In this document: piece after piece, positions 1-14,137 of the stretch
How positions within the stretch are numbered: the stretch's first letter is position 1
How the letters are laid out: each line of letters opens with the position of its first letter
From: Phoronis australis
Lineage: Eukaryota > Animalia > Phoronida
DNA length: 64,000 nucleotides
NCBI GenBank assembly: GCA_002633005.1
Contig: NMRA01000019.1
Span: 876,414-940,413, forward strand
Reading direction: 5' to 3'
Notes under the pieces: model-generated
Told to the model about the DNA's origin: nothing
Database searches by the model: none
Seen by the model: only the letters and a program-made list of their open reading frames with translations
Program-made: the position numbers and the translations under genes

Positions 1-1778
1 CATGACAGATGATTTTCCATTGATTTGACCATGACCTCAACTGTTATAATGTCCCTTGGTGATATTTTTAGTTTTCTTTGTGGACATCTCAAGATCTACA
101 AGGATTGCATTTGCCAATTTTCGTATGACTAGCGATGCACCTCGTAGTTTGCCAGTGTTGCTCACTAGTGTGGAAATGTTTGAAAAATGAGCAGGTAACA
201 GGAATGTAGATTGTCGGTCTATGGAGAGCCTCAGCTCTTGATATATGATTTTGTCACAATGTGGTCATATAGTAATCAATTGGGAACACCGGCACATGCG
301 ACTGTTTAATCTGTAAAATGGACAAATTATTCACTGACTGAAGGATTTTAAAGAGAGACCTAAAATAGAAAATTAAAATCCATTTTAACTGATGTTTTAT
401 TGTAAAGTAATTAAATTGCAAAAATACAAAGCAGGTATGACGATCACCACATTGTGGTCAATAACATACCAATGAAAACTTAAATTACACATGACTTTCC
501 TGTTAGCTGACAAGAATTCACATATACCAAGAAATGTCAACAAGCTAAAAGTACCACAAGTGAGAACCCAACTCTTTCACACACCGAGACTTAAAGATGC
601 ATATTAATCTCGAATTCAGCCACATTGCAAATGACTAAGTTATTGACAGGTCTGCGTATTTGGTCAAATATCAGAAACTTCAAAATTTTAAGTCTGTAAA
701 GTATACATTTTCAGAAAGTGGAATGCCTGTAAAATTCAATTTTTACCACTCTGCTATTAATTGGGTCACATGACCATGTTTCATGAGTAGAATTTTGCAA
801 AAATAAAGGTACATTCATTACAAAACAATGAAATCGATAACACGACCAAATTCCATTTGATATAGATGTTCAAGACAAAATTTTATAAATGCTGTTACAG
901 TTTCTAAGTTATAATTTCGTTTACGTTTTATGCATAAGATTTCTTTCACGAATACGTCAAAAGTACTATTTTTGATAGCCACACGTGCAAAAGTGGAAGA
1001 TTTTAAAAACAATGACTCCAAACGGCTTTTTGGAAAGCACCGCAGAAGCCCAGTTTAAGAAAGTTTTGTGAGAATCTCACCAGCCATATCCTGAAATTAG
1101 CCAAAGTTGGACATTTTTCTAAGGTACAAGGTGAGATGTGAGTGACATACAGAGCCTTTACTGGTGGTTTCTATGGTAGAAGAAAATATGCATACCCACT
1201 GGATATGCTCTGATGTGCTGGACTTGGCAGGCATTTCATTGTTAGGTATGTGCACTCTCCTATCGTGATGGCTAAGAACACCGTAGATGACGGAAAACTA
1301 ATCACGCCTGTACCGGAAGGTTTTCAGCAAATTACATTTACCCCTGACTGAGCTATCTAAGTCATGTTACTATGTGTAAATAGGCACCTACGGAAGCAGT
1401 TGGAGTCTTTAATACTTCCAACTCGAACAAATACTTCTGCTACATAATTGAACTTTTCTTTGAATAGCTCTTCATTCCTGAATGCCACTACTGTCCATGT
1501 ATTCGAGGTCAAATCGAAACATACAGTGAGAGGAGGAAATACAGACAGGAGACCTGTTTAAGCACAAAATAGCATCTGTAAACTGACTCTCAGATCTCTA
1601 GTTTCATGAGAAAATTGACACATAGCAATATATTTCTAGTTGACATTCACTTATTAAACAGCTAATGAATTCATAATGATCGCTGACTTATTCAACACCT
1701 TTCACTAAATCCAGAGTTCAAAGGTCAGTAGCTTGGAAAATCTGGCTCACGGATACAGCAACACCTACACTACAGCCC

Positions 1779-4700
1779 CTACCTAATATTTGAAGTAGTT
1801 TGCTCTAAAAATGCTAAAGGTCCTTGAGGGTATCCCTGATGCACTTGAGGTGGTGGAGGTATCTGTGGCTGTGAAACAGTTCCATTGTAACCTGCCATAG
1901 GGGGTTGCTGTGGAAACTGCTGACCTTGACCTCCATACACATTGCCTGCTGGCTGGAATTGAGGACTCTGATTGGCTGGTTGTGAACTCTGACCTTGCTG
2001 TTCCTGGCCACCCTGGGCGTTGCGCAGCATGACTTGCCACTGCTGGAGTTTATCATAATATTTCTGAATAAGAGCGTCCTTTCTCATAAGTTCAACTTTA
2101 AGTTCATTTATATCCTGAAATGAATTCCGTCCACACTGTCAATGCGAGAAGGCAACATGGGTTAAACACATACGTTCAAATCAGGGCTGAGTTTTGTGGA
2201 TCCAAGAATTGTACAAGTAAAGAAAGTGCGATTAAGTACTTTGCTTCTAATGCATGGCAATATATTGTGAAGAATTGCATTTTTGCGAGCGTATTGCATC
2301 TACAGAATGGGCACCAGGTCTGTTTTTTAAACACGCGTTCAAACCTGGTCCACGTTATTTTAAACACGCACTTTCAAATTGGGGATACATATTTAAACAC
2401 ACACATTTAAATCATATCTGTGTTATTTAAGCAAATACCTGCTTTGAAATTAGTACACAAGAGAAATGTTCCACATGTGTCAAAATTCTTTGGTAAAAAT
2501 GTTGGAACCTACAGCATAAAATATTAATTTATTGGGTTAACTTGAAGTGAAACTCTGTGTAATTCTTTAAAGCACGTTAGCACATTAAGTGAGCTTTTGA
2601 AGTGTTTCTTTCAAATGTGTTCAGGAAATTACACCTTCTTTGAAGTTCTCAATGTATATACTCCATTAACAAAAAACTGCATTATACAACGAAAACAAGC
2701 ACAAGAGCACACCACCATGACGGGGAAATGGTGTTTTGTACGATTACTTTAATGCTGTAAATGCATGTATTTGAGAGCAGCGGCAGAGACAAAATGATTT
2801 AAATGGGTCAACAGTAACAAAATTAATGCTAATAGACTTACCTAAATCATAAAGAACTCTTAGACTATTCTTCAAGAACTAAAAATTAATTTCACTAGTG
2901 TCAACCACTGAGCTAAAAGCAACAATACCAACAAATACTGAGATCATCTTGCATGTTGTGCGTTTTCGTAAAAAATGGAGAAAATTGAAGTTATTATAAA
3001 AAACGATTTTGCAGATTCTTAGACATGGATAAATGCACTTTCTTAAAACACTAAAATTTGTAATCTGATGCAAAAATAATTGTCACAGAATTTTGAATAA
3101 GATAGTAGTCTGGGTTCAATACATCTTAAAATCAAGACAGTCATATACTGCACATGGAGTACTTCTTGATGTTTGAAAATTCATCAAATTGAAACCAAAG
3201 CCTATTTCAAAATTCCAAGACACAATTTTTGCACTTAATTAAATATCAACACTTCAATGTTTTAAAAAATATATTAAGAAACCATATCCCAGAAATATTT
3301 TTTGTAAAAAATTTTGATTTTTGCGAAAAATGAGGAAATCATATGTCACATGGGAAAATCTCAGTTATTACCGCTCTTTCGGAAAACATATATTTTTATG
3401 GGGTTTAAACATGTTCAGTTAATTTTGGGATACTGAAGAATTCAGTTCTTCACATTCCGACTTGCAACTAAGGGTCGCATAACTGCCTACCTCCTTGACA
3501 ACATTTTGAGGGTTGTGGTGAGAGAGAACGAGTCGTTTCTGTACAAAGAACTGATCCAGTTGGCGAGCTTTCTCAAATAAGTGCTGTATGCTCTGTTCAG
3601 CATCTGCAAAAATACACTTCATATTATTAGGTAGACAAGTGTGCTATCCATTTTTTTCAAATACTAAAAATCGTTAATGAAATTCCATTAGTGACTGCTG
3701 AATGTATTGACTCACTCCTTCCTCACGTGTGTACAAAACAGTACGTATCCAATTGGTTCTCTAACTGCGGGACTCCTGCAACTGACAATGGTCGCCACCT
3801 AGAGGTGGTCATGCATTTCTCAACGGGCATCAACGAGTTTCTCAAAATTGGGGAACTAAAATGACTAGTGCCAACTAAGACTTCTTTAATTTTATTAGAG
3901 CCCTCGAAAGTACGAAGGTCGTCATTTGTGACCTGGACTAAATCACTCGGCTCACACACAACCTTGATGACCAAAGATAGCGCTACTGGGCTCGATGGGC
4001 TGCCATTGGGCGATGCGACTTGGCTTGCAGGAGTTGTAACGCACACATGAGTGACTAATAAAATTGGCCAAAATTCTGGCTTGCATTTCCAAATTTCAGG
4101 TGACATGTATGCAACGTGCAGCTTGTTACATCCAGGCCTACTTTAATATGCTCACAGCAATAAAGAGCTCATCAATATCAACAGCCTGTTCATTTAAACT
4201 TTGATTGTTGCTGGAATCATAGACTATAGTACATGGACCACCAACTCCGTATACTTTCATTGGACGAATCTGTGCTCTTACGCATAAGCCATTACGTCAT
4301 TATCCACTAGCGACACCTGGCCAAATTATCTGGTGTTATTTCGGCAAGTACGTCGTCTGCTAATCATGGTCGGATGTTGTGTGGTAGGGTGGCAGTAGCA
4401 TTGCTAAAAGTACTCCCGATACCAACGGTTCTATTATTGGAAGACCGAACAGCGTTTTAATGCTGAAATAATGGACAGTAAAGTAGCTCCGAGAATTTCC
4501 TGTCACAATACACTAACCGGTAACTGCACCAGATAATTTAGGAGAGTGGTGCCTCTTCTAGGATGGTACACAAGAAAATGTCAGAGTTGCAAATCTGTTA
4601 TCTATAAACTATGCTGGAATTTAGCTTATGTGACCATGGAATCATTTTGCCAACCCCCCCCCCCCCCNCCCCGTATACTTCCCCTAGAAGACGGTTTCAT

Positions 4701-6577
4701 CTTATTCAAGAAAACTTACTTCCTTTGATTTCAATCATGTCGGCGTTACCCACATTTTCCTGATTTACCAAGCTCCCAAAGCAGTTCTGCAACAAAAACA
4801 CAGGTAGTGAGAAACATGTAATGCCAATTACAATTTACAGGTCCAGTTCAAATCCCAGGTAAAAACTGGAGGCAATGTTATTCTTCTTGTGGCACAGGAT
4901 TTAACAATAAAATAAATGGAGATTGTAGCATTTACAAGAGAACAGGTCGTCCTGCCCTATCAAAAATTGAGCACACATGTAAGACTGCAAATTTGATTAT
5001 CAGGGAAGAGCTTTGGCACTTAACATAGTAATGTAGTGGAATATTTTATTGCTTCAAACAAAAATCTCAGTTTACTACAAGAACTACAATTACACAATGC
5101 TTGATTTCCTGCCAGGTGACACCATTTAAAAGCCCAGCGAAACATGTTTTACATCAGAAAGTGTACAAAATTGATGCAGAAGCACAAAGTACGGTGGAAA
5201 GGAATCCAAAATGGGTCGATTCATGCTAGTAGTAGTTCACTACAACTCTGGCTGTAAAGAGTTGCATTTGTGGCTTGTTGTTAGCCGTAGTGTTCATAGC
5301 CTGCGTAACCAATTGCTCTCGCAGGAGAGGTGGGTCCTTCAAGTAATTGTCTACACCTTTTATCATTTTACGATTGTGAATGGATACCTGGCTAGTTTGG
5401 CTTCATTTACCAGTTTCGCTAAGTTGGGAATTGCGTTCACTTGGCATTTAGCCACTGTTAAAATACAGTAGCCAACCACGTGACAGGCCGCTTTAGCAAG
5501 CACACCAAAACCCTGACCCATTCACCTGCAAACCTCAACAAACATGTCAATATGGGCAACAGCACATCTGAACACTCAAACATCATAGCGGCAACTTCCT
5601 AACTCTGATCTGCTGCTCTACAGGGATTCTAAGCAGGATGTGACCTAAACATCCAAGTGATGTCACTACGGTAGATGCACTACTGTGGCATTTAATATCC
5701 AGTGAAAACTGGTTCCTGACAGCCTTTTCCTGAAAAGGTGTCCATCTGCATTTAAAAAAGTTGGAAAGGTACGTTTAACAACATAACTACTAGACTTAAG
5801 CATGTTTTACATAAAATTATTCGACATAGAAGCTTGATAAGGATCATCTTGGTCTAAAACGAACATTGACATTGAATGAATGATGAAACGTCTGACTAGA
5901 TTACACATAGTGTACCTACTGGTAATTATCAAACGGACCATAAATATCGGACATTTCATAAAATCTTACTCGAACCATATTAATATGAGAGATAAATGAC
6001 ACCATTTTTTGTTCTGCTGTAGTGCATTCAATGTCGGAAACTGTCTCGCTTTTTACAACATTGCCTCATTTTGATTTCACCGAGAGAGGGTGCAATTTAG
6101 ACCCCCAACTGGCCCGAGTCGGCCTAAAATGGACAATCGACTAGTGCCCAATCAGCTGCCTATTATTATTATGCTTATATTCACGACTTAGTTTAGGTCA
6201 CTGTAGTCTAGTAACAGAACTATTCCAAAAAGGTAAGTTTTTAGTTCAGAAAAAGATTTACAACAATCCGTAGTCCGTAGTATTTCCAATTAAATATAAT
6301 GCAAAATGTGCCAAAACGTCCGATGATTAGGTTGCTTGACAGTAAATCGCCTGCTTGTAATTATGAAATCACGCACTGCCACACTGGAGTGGAAAATGGA
6401 GTGTTCGTGTAGACCTACGGGTAGAACTAGGCTACCAGACGCCACATAAAGAAAACTAATGGTAGTTATTTATTGAAATTTGAAATATGTAATGTTAAAT
6501 GGTAAAATAAAACGTGCAGTCACCTGGAAAGCTGTTTCAAACTCCTCAACGGGGTTTTTGTTTTCCCCAGCCGCCAT
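1779..6577 (-). CDS. MED28: Mediator of RNA polymerase II transcription subunit 28 (4 coding exons, ~189 aa)
   Basis: Exons 6577-6524, 4786-4720, 3603-3491, 2114-1779, all GT-AG with consistent phases (0,1,0). Protein MAAGENKNPVEEFETAFQNCFGSLVNQE...NAEQSIQHLFEKARQLDQFFVQKRLVLS...KEDINELKVELMRKDALIQKYYDKLQQWQ...PQGPLAFLEQTTSNIR matches remembered MED28 motifs (FEACFASLV, FFLQKRLQLS, ELQRKDALVQKH, PQGSLAYLEQ). Confidence 0.95.
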
Positions 6578-9500
6578 TGTAATGAAAAGGAAGCAAATTG
6601 CGTTGTTGACAAAATCTGATTGAAGTGATTTGTGCTGCCCTCTTTTGATGATGCCTGGTGTTGCGGTAAAAACATTGTACAAAATCGTGAGAAAAAAGCA
6701 GAGCTGGCATGATAGTTTTTATGTTTAATTGATAAAACTTCAATGAAAGAGCTCTGAGGAGGGTCACTTGGCGAAATCAAATAAACTTTACGAGTCATTC
6801 CACGAAACAATCAAAATTTAAACAAAGTTCTTTTGTGACTTGTTGCTTGGAAACAAACAAAAAGCCCACTTTCTTATATTATATTTTCTTTGTCAAACAT
6901 CAAACTGATGGAAAATATTATTTGCCACTGAAAACAGGCATTTTCGTTGATTTCTGGAGTGTAGGCCTAATCAGCCCTCAACGGCTCTACTTTTCCCATG
7001 TGATTTAAAAATGGAAAGTCGTAAAACTGCAAGAGGATTTCGGACCTCGCAACCTAGCTATAGTATAGACCAGAACGCGTGTGGTCTTGCATTGCGCCAC
7101 CAGTCTTCCTACTACTACAACACCGTGCTAAGAGACATATTTGTCAGTAGTCAACAGCGTTCGCGCGCGAACATGCTTCTTTCCATGTTTAATTCACTCT
7201 TTATATTTTGTGCATCCAGTTCGTAGCAAAAGTGTTGGGTTTACACCAGCCTTTAGTTGCCAAAAGACCAGATCCATATTTCGTATTGGTATTAACCACT
7301 GACGCTCTGGCTTTGCAAATCTTCATGTTTGACAAGAGAGAATTACGAGTTTATGAGTGATTCACTAAGGCTTCGGTTAAAATTTACATCATTACCAGCA
7401 GCTTCTTTTTCTTCATCGTAACTCAGCTTCTGTTTATACTTTGAAAAGGAAGTGATTTTCGTCATTACACAGTGGAGCAGACGATAGAAACCGAGTGGTA
7501 GTGCACAGCGCTTCCGCTGGTTGCTTGGAATATCACGTGCATGTCGACCGGGAGCGGCATTCTAATTCAAAATTAGCCCGTAGTTACCGCCGCAGGCTAC
7601 GATTGCACCGGGTGTCCGAGGCGCCGGACACTTGAAATCGGGGCCGAGCCCCCTCCCACACACACGCACACTGACTAAAACTCTACACATTACCAAACCT
7701 TGTTTAGGCCGTATATTGTTAATTACCGGAGTTAAATCATAAGCTCGATATTTCCCCCACGCTTTTGCTGCCTTATTTTTTGCGGCCGCCAAGGGTGGCC
7801 CTAAATCCGCCTTATGAAATGTATCTAGAAATAAGTCAATTAAAGAACAGTCAACTAAGCATTAAATCTCGAATAACTCTAGAACGACAAATTGTAGCAA
7901 CAAACGCCGTAATTCTGATAGCAAAGGGATCTGTACCCAAACCAAATTTCAAACAAATCGGCTAAGGCCGGGACGCCAAAAGATACGTACAACTACCTCC
8001 GAGTGGAGAGCAGTCATCAGAAAATATCGAATAGCTCGATGACGATGTCCTAGAGAAAAACAAATGGCACTGCACCGATAGCCCGTGGAATGATCTATTC
8101 ACAGTAAAAGTTAAAAGTTCCCACCGCAGCGGTAGCTCCGCAAACCAACTGAAAACACTGAAAATGGTCTCCACAACGCCATCTTATGTCCGATTTCTAA
8201 CAAGAACAGGTTTCGAGCTATTCACAATTGAATACATATATTTTGTGCAAATTTCACACTGATTGGACCCGAAATGCGACCTTAATCGTGCGAACAAAGC
8301 CAAACAAAAAACGCACAAAAAACAAAATTTAATAAAGCAAGACTTGGAAATTTTTTTCACCATAGTTTGACGCTTTTTTATAGGAACGCAAGAATTTCTC
8401 ATGTACCAGAAAAGTTGCTCAATCAACCATCGCTCTCCTCGGACACCGAATCACATTCAAGTTCACCAGTGGAATATTTATCAATCGACAATCATGCAAG
8501 GCCGAAACGAAGTTCTCCTGGTTTTGGTATGCACCTTATCAACGGGTGGGGACAGTCCGCAGTGCTGATGCTACACGTCAGTCCCTTTCTATCGTGGGTC
8601 GTTCGGGGGAAAATGTTGCCTTTAGACACCAATGACCGAGACGTCGCTGGTGTTTTACGGCCGAAATCGTTATATCCAGTGGGGAAGTGGTTTGTAGGTT
8701 ATCTCTTCCTGGTTACATGAGCTATTGTGACTTTGACTAGATTTTAGCAAGGTCTAAGCGTAGGTCCTCGGGTTACTGAACGCCGGGAGGCTGAATGAAT
8801 CTCGGTGACCACGTAAAATGACATCAATTCTCTTGGTTATGTAATACTAGTGGGAGGCTCTATCCAAATCCTTTGTGTAACTACACAATGCCTGAAACAA
8901 CTTGGAACAGTCTATTGGTGCATAGGTACGCTTTGAGTAACAGTTCAGAGATTTTAAAGTAAAATATTGCATCGACACACAACTTCTGGCCTGCACAACG
9001 AACAACAATGTGTCATCAATTTTACGAAGTGTAACCGGATGGTGTATCTCATGAAGCCAGCCAGGAAATGGTGACAGTCTTTATTCAAGAATTTTGAACC
9101 ACGCTACTGTAAAAGTAGTACCGTCCAAATTTCAGTAGTCAGCAAACCAATGTCCCCGTCACAAGAATCCTTTTTGACAAAGGAATGTTCCTGTATTAGG
9201 TGTGTCCGGACTAAAGCACCCGCACCCCACGACTTCATGAATGAGAATTTGGGAAGTCTCGCGAGTCAAGGAACGTAAATGATGAAGTTTCCTTACTGGA
9301 TGTAACACCACCACCTCCTTTATGGCGAAAAGTCGCATAGAGCGCAAGGTAAGAAAAGTTATTTTTGCTTTTAATTTAAAAACCAGCTTCAAACATGTTA
9401 GACCTTTTCGATCGACAAGCCTGGCCCGCAATCACGTGGGCGGTAAAACAGGTCTACGTACACAGTGGTCTCTTAGAAATTCATTAATCCACTGACCTGT

Positions 9501-10767
9501 TGGTATATATTTTGCGAGCCACTTTGCCAAGTCGCTTGTACCCTTAAATCTACTCCATTTCCATCCGGCACATCGCACCTGCACCGTATTCAGTGATAAT
9601 TAGTAACATGCACCATCTCAAGAACGTGAGTTGTCAATGGGTGATAGGTACCGATGTCGGTTTGCCAAAACAGTAACTTAGTCTGTTCTAGCTGTTTGTA
9701 TTCATTGCTCGTGATCTGCAATCGAATGCAGAACCCACCTGCTTTTAGTCGCAGTTTTATTCTCAAGTACAGTTAATGCAGCGTTCACTGACCCTTTATT
9801 GTATCTGCATTAGACATTCCCTACATGTAGCTGCGTGCAGTATCGTTGATGTCAAACGATTAGTGGTCGACATTTGCCTAAATTTTGATGAAATTAAGAA
9901 AATGAACAACATAATACATTGGATTTACAACATTAATGCACACACATGTCTCAGTCATAGTTCTCTGTCCCTGAAGTCAACATATGTGGCCATGTGAGGA
10001 CGAAGAAGTGCAAGTATGTTTAGTTGACGGTTGATGAGTATCGCTTAAATGAAAGACGATAAAACTGCACAAGTGGACAGATAAATGAAATATCTTGGGG
10101 CACGTGTGGTTCACTCAACGGACGCCGTTAGCAAGTGATTACAGGTGCGTGTTGAAATGCGAACCAAATATCGCTTTAATTCACAAAAGGTAGCGAGGTC
10201 ATTGACCACCGAAACGATGGTGAGTGGATGAGGCAAAGATACTATATCTCACTTTGGTAACTATAACATCTTTGGATGAGGGCGAAGCCACCAGACGGCG
10301 TCGCAAGATCGGACGATCTCGTCTTCTGTCCTAGCTGTATTTGGCGTGGACGTGGTTCGATCAGCGCATGGAACCGGCTGGAAGACGATAGTATTCTTGA
10401 TTCTTTGGTAGACACGACCCTGGCTGGATGGCAACAGCATCGTTGGCTTTTTGCGTAGTTTGTGACTTACGTGAAGCAAGCTTAGTGGCAACAGCTTTCA
10501 TGCTTGTCGTAGGTTGTCTTTGTACTGCCCCGTCCGGACAGTTTGACCACCGAAACGTACATGTATGCTTGGCGTAATTTATAGGTAACTGAATACCATC
10601 GGAAACCTCAATTGCGGTTATTCAAAAGGTGTTTTAAGTATAAATTGTCAACCAAATGTTTAACATCCTGATGAGTTCAAACGCATTATGCCCAAGAAAG
10701 TTTTAAAATATTTAGAAATATACCCAGGCATTTTAATCACATGATTGCTTTTTTGATAATAATAACC

Positions 10768-12000
10768 ATAGAACTCTAGCCTTGTCTCCGGTTCAGTAAC
10801 GCTAGGACCTCGCTAAAAAGCAAGAATTCTGGAGATTACGTGAGACATTGCCGTGTATTTTAAGTGAGAACTTGAGACTTTGGCTAGATTTTCGTTAGGT
10901 CCTAGCGTTACTGAACGCATGCCTGGAATGCCAACTTCGATCTCGCGCTGCTGAGGTTGCGCCGCGCATGCGTGGCATTTGTTTGCATTCGTTTGTTCCG
11001 GTGCTGGTTATTGCTAATGAATTTATTGTCACTAAAATCATTCGAAACTCCGCCGTTTTTCAAATGAATTGCATGAAATTCATCATTAAAAGCACCGTAT
11101 GGTAATATGAAAGTGTCGCCGTGTGTCAAAAAGTGTCACATTCTGATGGTGTGGCGGGATAAAAATATAAAAAGTGGGATAGTCCCCCAAGAGCGGGACA
11201 ACTGGCATGCAAAATGTAAGCTGTCAGCATTACAAGGTATTGGATTGGACTTTGTTACAAGGTAAACTTTTAATTTTTTAAAAGTCATTTTAAGGGTATT
11301 GGTGAATTCTACAGATAACATTTACTGATCAGAAATCGAATTAACAAAAAGTATCTGGGCAACAAGTAAACATTACACAAATAAATTATTATGGAAACAA
11401 TTTAAAACAGTTATGAATTATTCAAACAAACATACTTAGATACGCAAATACGAGTAGTTTTTCGAAAGTCACGTGAACACACCTGCTAGTTGTGGCTAAA
11501 CTTTTCATTTATAATTGCAGAACAAACATTCAGAAACCAAATGTCACTTCTTTCCGTAAGATACAGTAACATGATTTTAACACCAAAACGTTTTGTTGAA
11601 AAACTCCTAGCATGTAGTTTGATTGATTGTCGAAAGTGATTCTAAGACTGAAGACGAAAAAAGAGGCCAGACTATTCCCGGTATCCGGCGAGGGCCACGG
11701 GTCGGTGCCTATAAAGAATGACCGATGTAATTCTGGGGTTTGTTGACTACTTTTGCTGAGAAATCGCTGGTTGTCTAGAACCGTAGCTCAAGAGAATCGC
11801 TTGATGAACAAAAATCTCAGGATGAAAATGAAGCAATGAAATTAGTCTTCACTGATAACTGCAGCACTCGACTAAACTAAGGTCGACCAGGCAACCGGAA
11901 ATTCTCAGTGCAAACTCTCGCGGCTAATTTCGGGGTCGCAAGCTTTAATAGAATGCAATGGTCACGTGCGGATGTTGGCATTGCAGGGCTAGAGTTCTAT
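10768..12000. mobile_element. Non-autonomous DNA element (~1.2 kb) with 14-bp terminal inverted repeats
   Basis: ATAGAACTCTAGCC (10768-10781) / GGCTAGAGTTCTAT (11987-12000). Internal perfect 20-bp inverted repeat at 10791-10810 / 10897-10916. Related diverged pieces at ~8732-8785 and ~12220-12330 (inverted). No clear TSD and no transposase ORF. Confidence 0.6.
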
Positions 12001-14137
12001 AATATAACAACCTTGGCTTGATTTGAGACATTTTGCTTGAAACTTGTAACTGTTATTAAATATTCCATTTGGTATAAACACACATCCAATAGACTAGTTC
12101 CAACTACGCCTACCATGGTTACCGCTTCAAAGACCCACAAGCACAAAGCCAATGTGACGGAAGTCCCTGCAAACGTTTAGTTACATCAACAGGTTAGAGT
12201 TCAGTAGCTGCCTCGCGGCTAGAAAAATGTAGTCAAAATCAAGTGTTCTCATTTAAAAATAAATATACGGCAATATGACACGTAATCTCGCGAAGTCCTA
12301 GTTGTTAGAGAGGTCCTAAGTTATTGAACTCTACCTTGGGTCTCTCCGATGTGTTTTCATCATATTTCACTGAAACTATTACTGTATAGAACCACATCAT
12401 CAGCCAAAATGAGAAAGCAAATGACTTATTGCACACAGCGGTATATCCGCTATACAATTCATCGACATGTCAAGCTTCATTCACGGATGTCTGATCGATT
12501 CAGACACTCGAGGTATCAAAAGTTGTTTGACATTGAACTCGTTTATTCGGCGACACCATTAGGTGCTCTCGTGAGCAATTTCATAGCACAAATGATGGTG
12601 GGAAAGTTCTTCAACATAATTTGGCCGTACTTCAATTTTTTTTAGGATCCACTGTTGGTCTAATGCAAAGAATACGAAAGTGGCTTTGTTTGTTAACGAG
12701 ACCACGTTTCCATTTAGTCTCCTGCGCTGTCATCTGGATAGTATGTTCCACGTTTAGTTGACAATACATTGATACTATTAGATGAAACAAAATAAAATAA
12801 GAGTATGTGCAAAACACGATGTCCGTGAATATAAGTTTCTATCATTTCGTGCTTGTTTTTTCCAGATGTATATTAAGATAATCGCAAAATCTGTTCCGAC
12901 CTTGCTTTTATCAGCGGAGGCCATTTTCCTCCTTTCATTAAATCGCATTACAAGTGCGCCAAGCGCATTGAAAAACTGTTTCATTTACACTTTCGTTCCC
13001 TACCAATGTTTGTGGGACAAAGATAGCGGACTACCATAATTGTGTTTACATCACCATTGTGCTTCCGTACAGTAATTGGTTGGAATTATCAGCTTGATTG
13101 ACGTAACGGAACGATCCGACAGTCGCGTCATACGTTTCATCTGATAACTTTTGCAAACCCGGCGTAATTAAATATTTCTCAATCCCAATTTCTTTATTTC
13201 TTGTCTCAGAATGCACGTCAAACATATTGTGTAAATCCGTGACACCACTTCTGCGAAAAATGCCACATAGCGCTTGAAAACAGACGTATTTCGGAAATAA
13301 TCAAAATTTATTTCGCACTTAACACACGAGTCCGCGGCAGTTTTTAAAACAATGTGGAAATTTTCATTTGTAATGGCTAGTACCTCCCTTGTTTTAAGGT
13401 ACATAAAAACAAGAAAAGTTCCTATCATCTACACCCAACAAAGTGATATAATAGTCGCTAGTTTTTGTACAACACAAAAAGGCGCCAATCCTGGCAAACG
13501 CCTCAATCCCATTTCCCGTTCATTTCATTCAAAACACGTCTTACATCATTCTTCGAATTCGTAGGCTTCAAAATAATCCCGATCTCTTGCCTACTTTCTG
13601 ATTAGCTAACATTCCACTGTTGAAATCACCCTTAATTTCAATATCACTTGGAACTTAGGGTCACTCAAGTAAAAAAAGTTTATAAGCTTCTATAGGGGAA
13701 CAAAGTCATATGGAACCTGTCGTTTTTCGATTATACGATTTTTGAAAGTCCCCATAAACACTATAAAAATGGTAATCTAGAATTTGAAAAGTTAAGACAG
13801 ATATTATGAAAAAAGATAGCTGAAGAATTGTGAGCCTTTGAAAGAAAGGCATTCAGTTTGTAATACGCAGTTTCAAGGAGACGTAACCAGTAATGTCTTC
13901 CTGTTAATTCGCATAATTACATCGAAAAATGTCACGTGATTGGACGGGACAGTGTTTGGACGGACTCAAAATAGCGTCCACATAGCCTCCAAACCTTTTG
14001 ACCAGTCGTTTTAGGAGTAACTTGTTCTAGGATATGTCTGTGTATGGACGGCATTATCGAAGCAAATCCAGTCTTTTCTTCAATATGTTTATGTATTTTA
14101 AAAAGAATGACGTGTTCCACTTTTCGATTGCTTACAG

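Noticed and set aside
3723-4106. 127-aa ORF in MED28 intron 2
   Set aside because: No recognisable domain; it overlaps a short inverted-repeat (ACTCCTGCAA/TTGCAGGAGT) MITE-like stretch.
10200-10700. Possible hammerhead ribozyme or Penelope remnants (CGAAACG twice, CTGATGAG at ~10668)
   Set aside because: CUGANGA and GAAA cores are not joined by a paired stem II, so no complete fold can be drawn.
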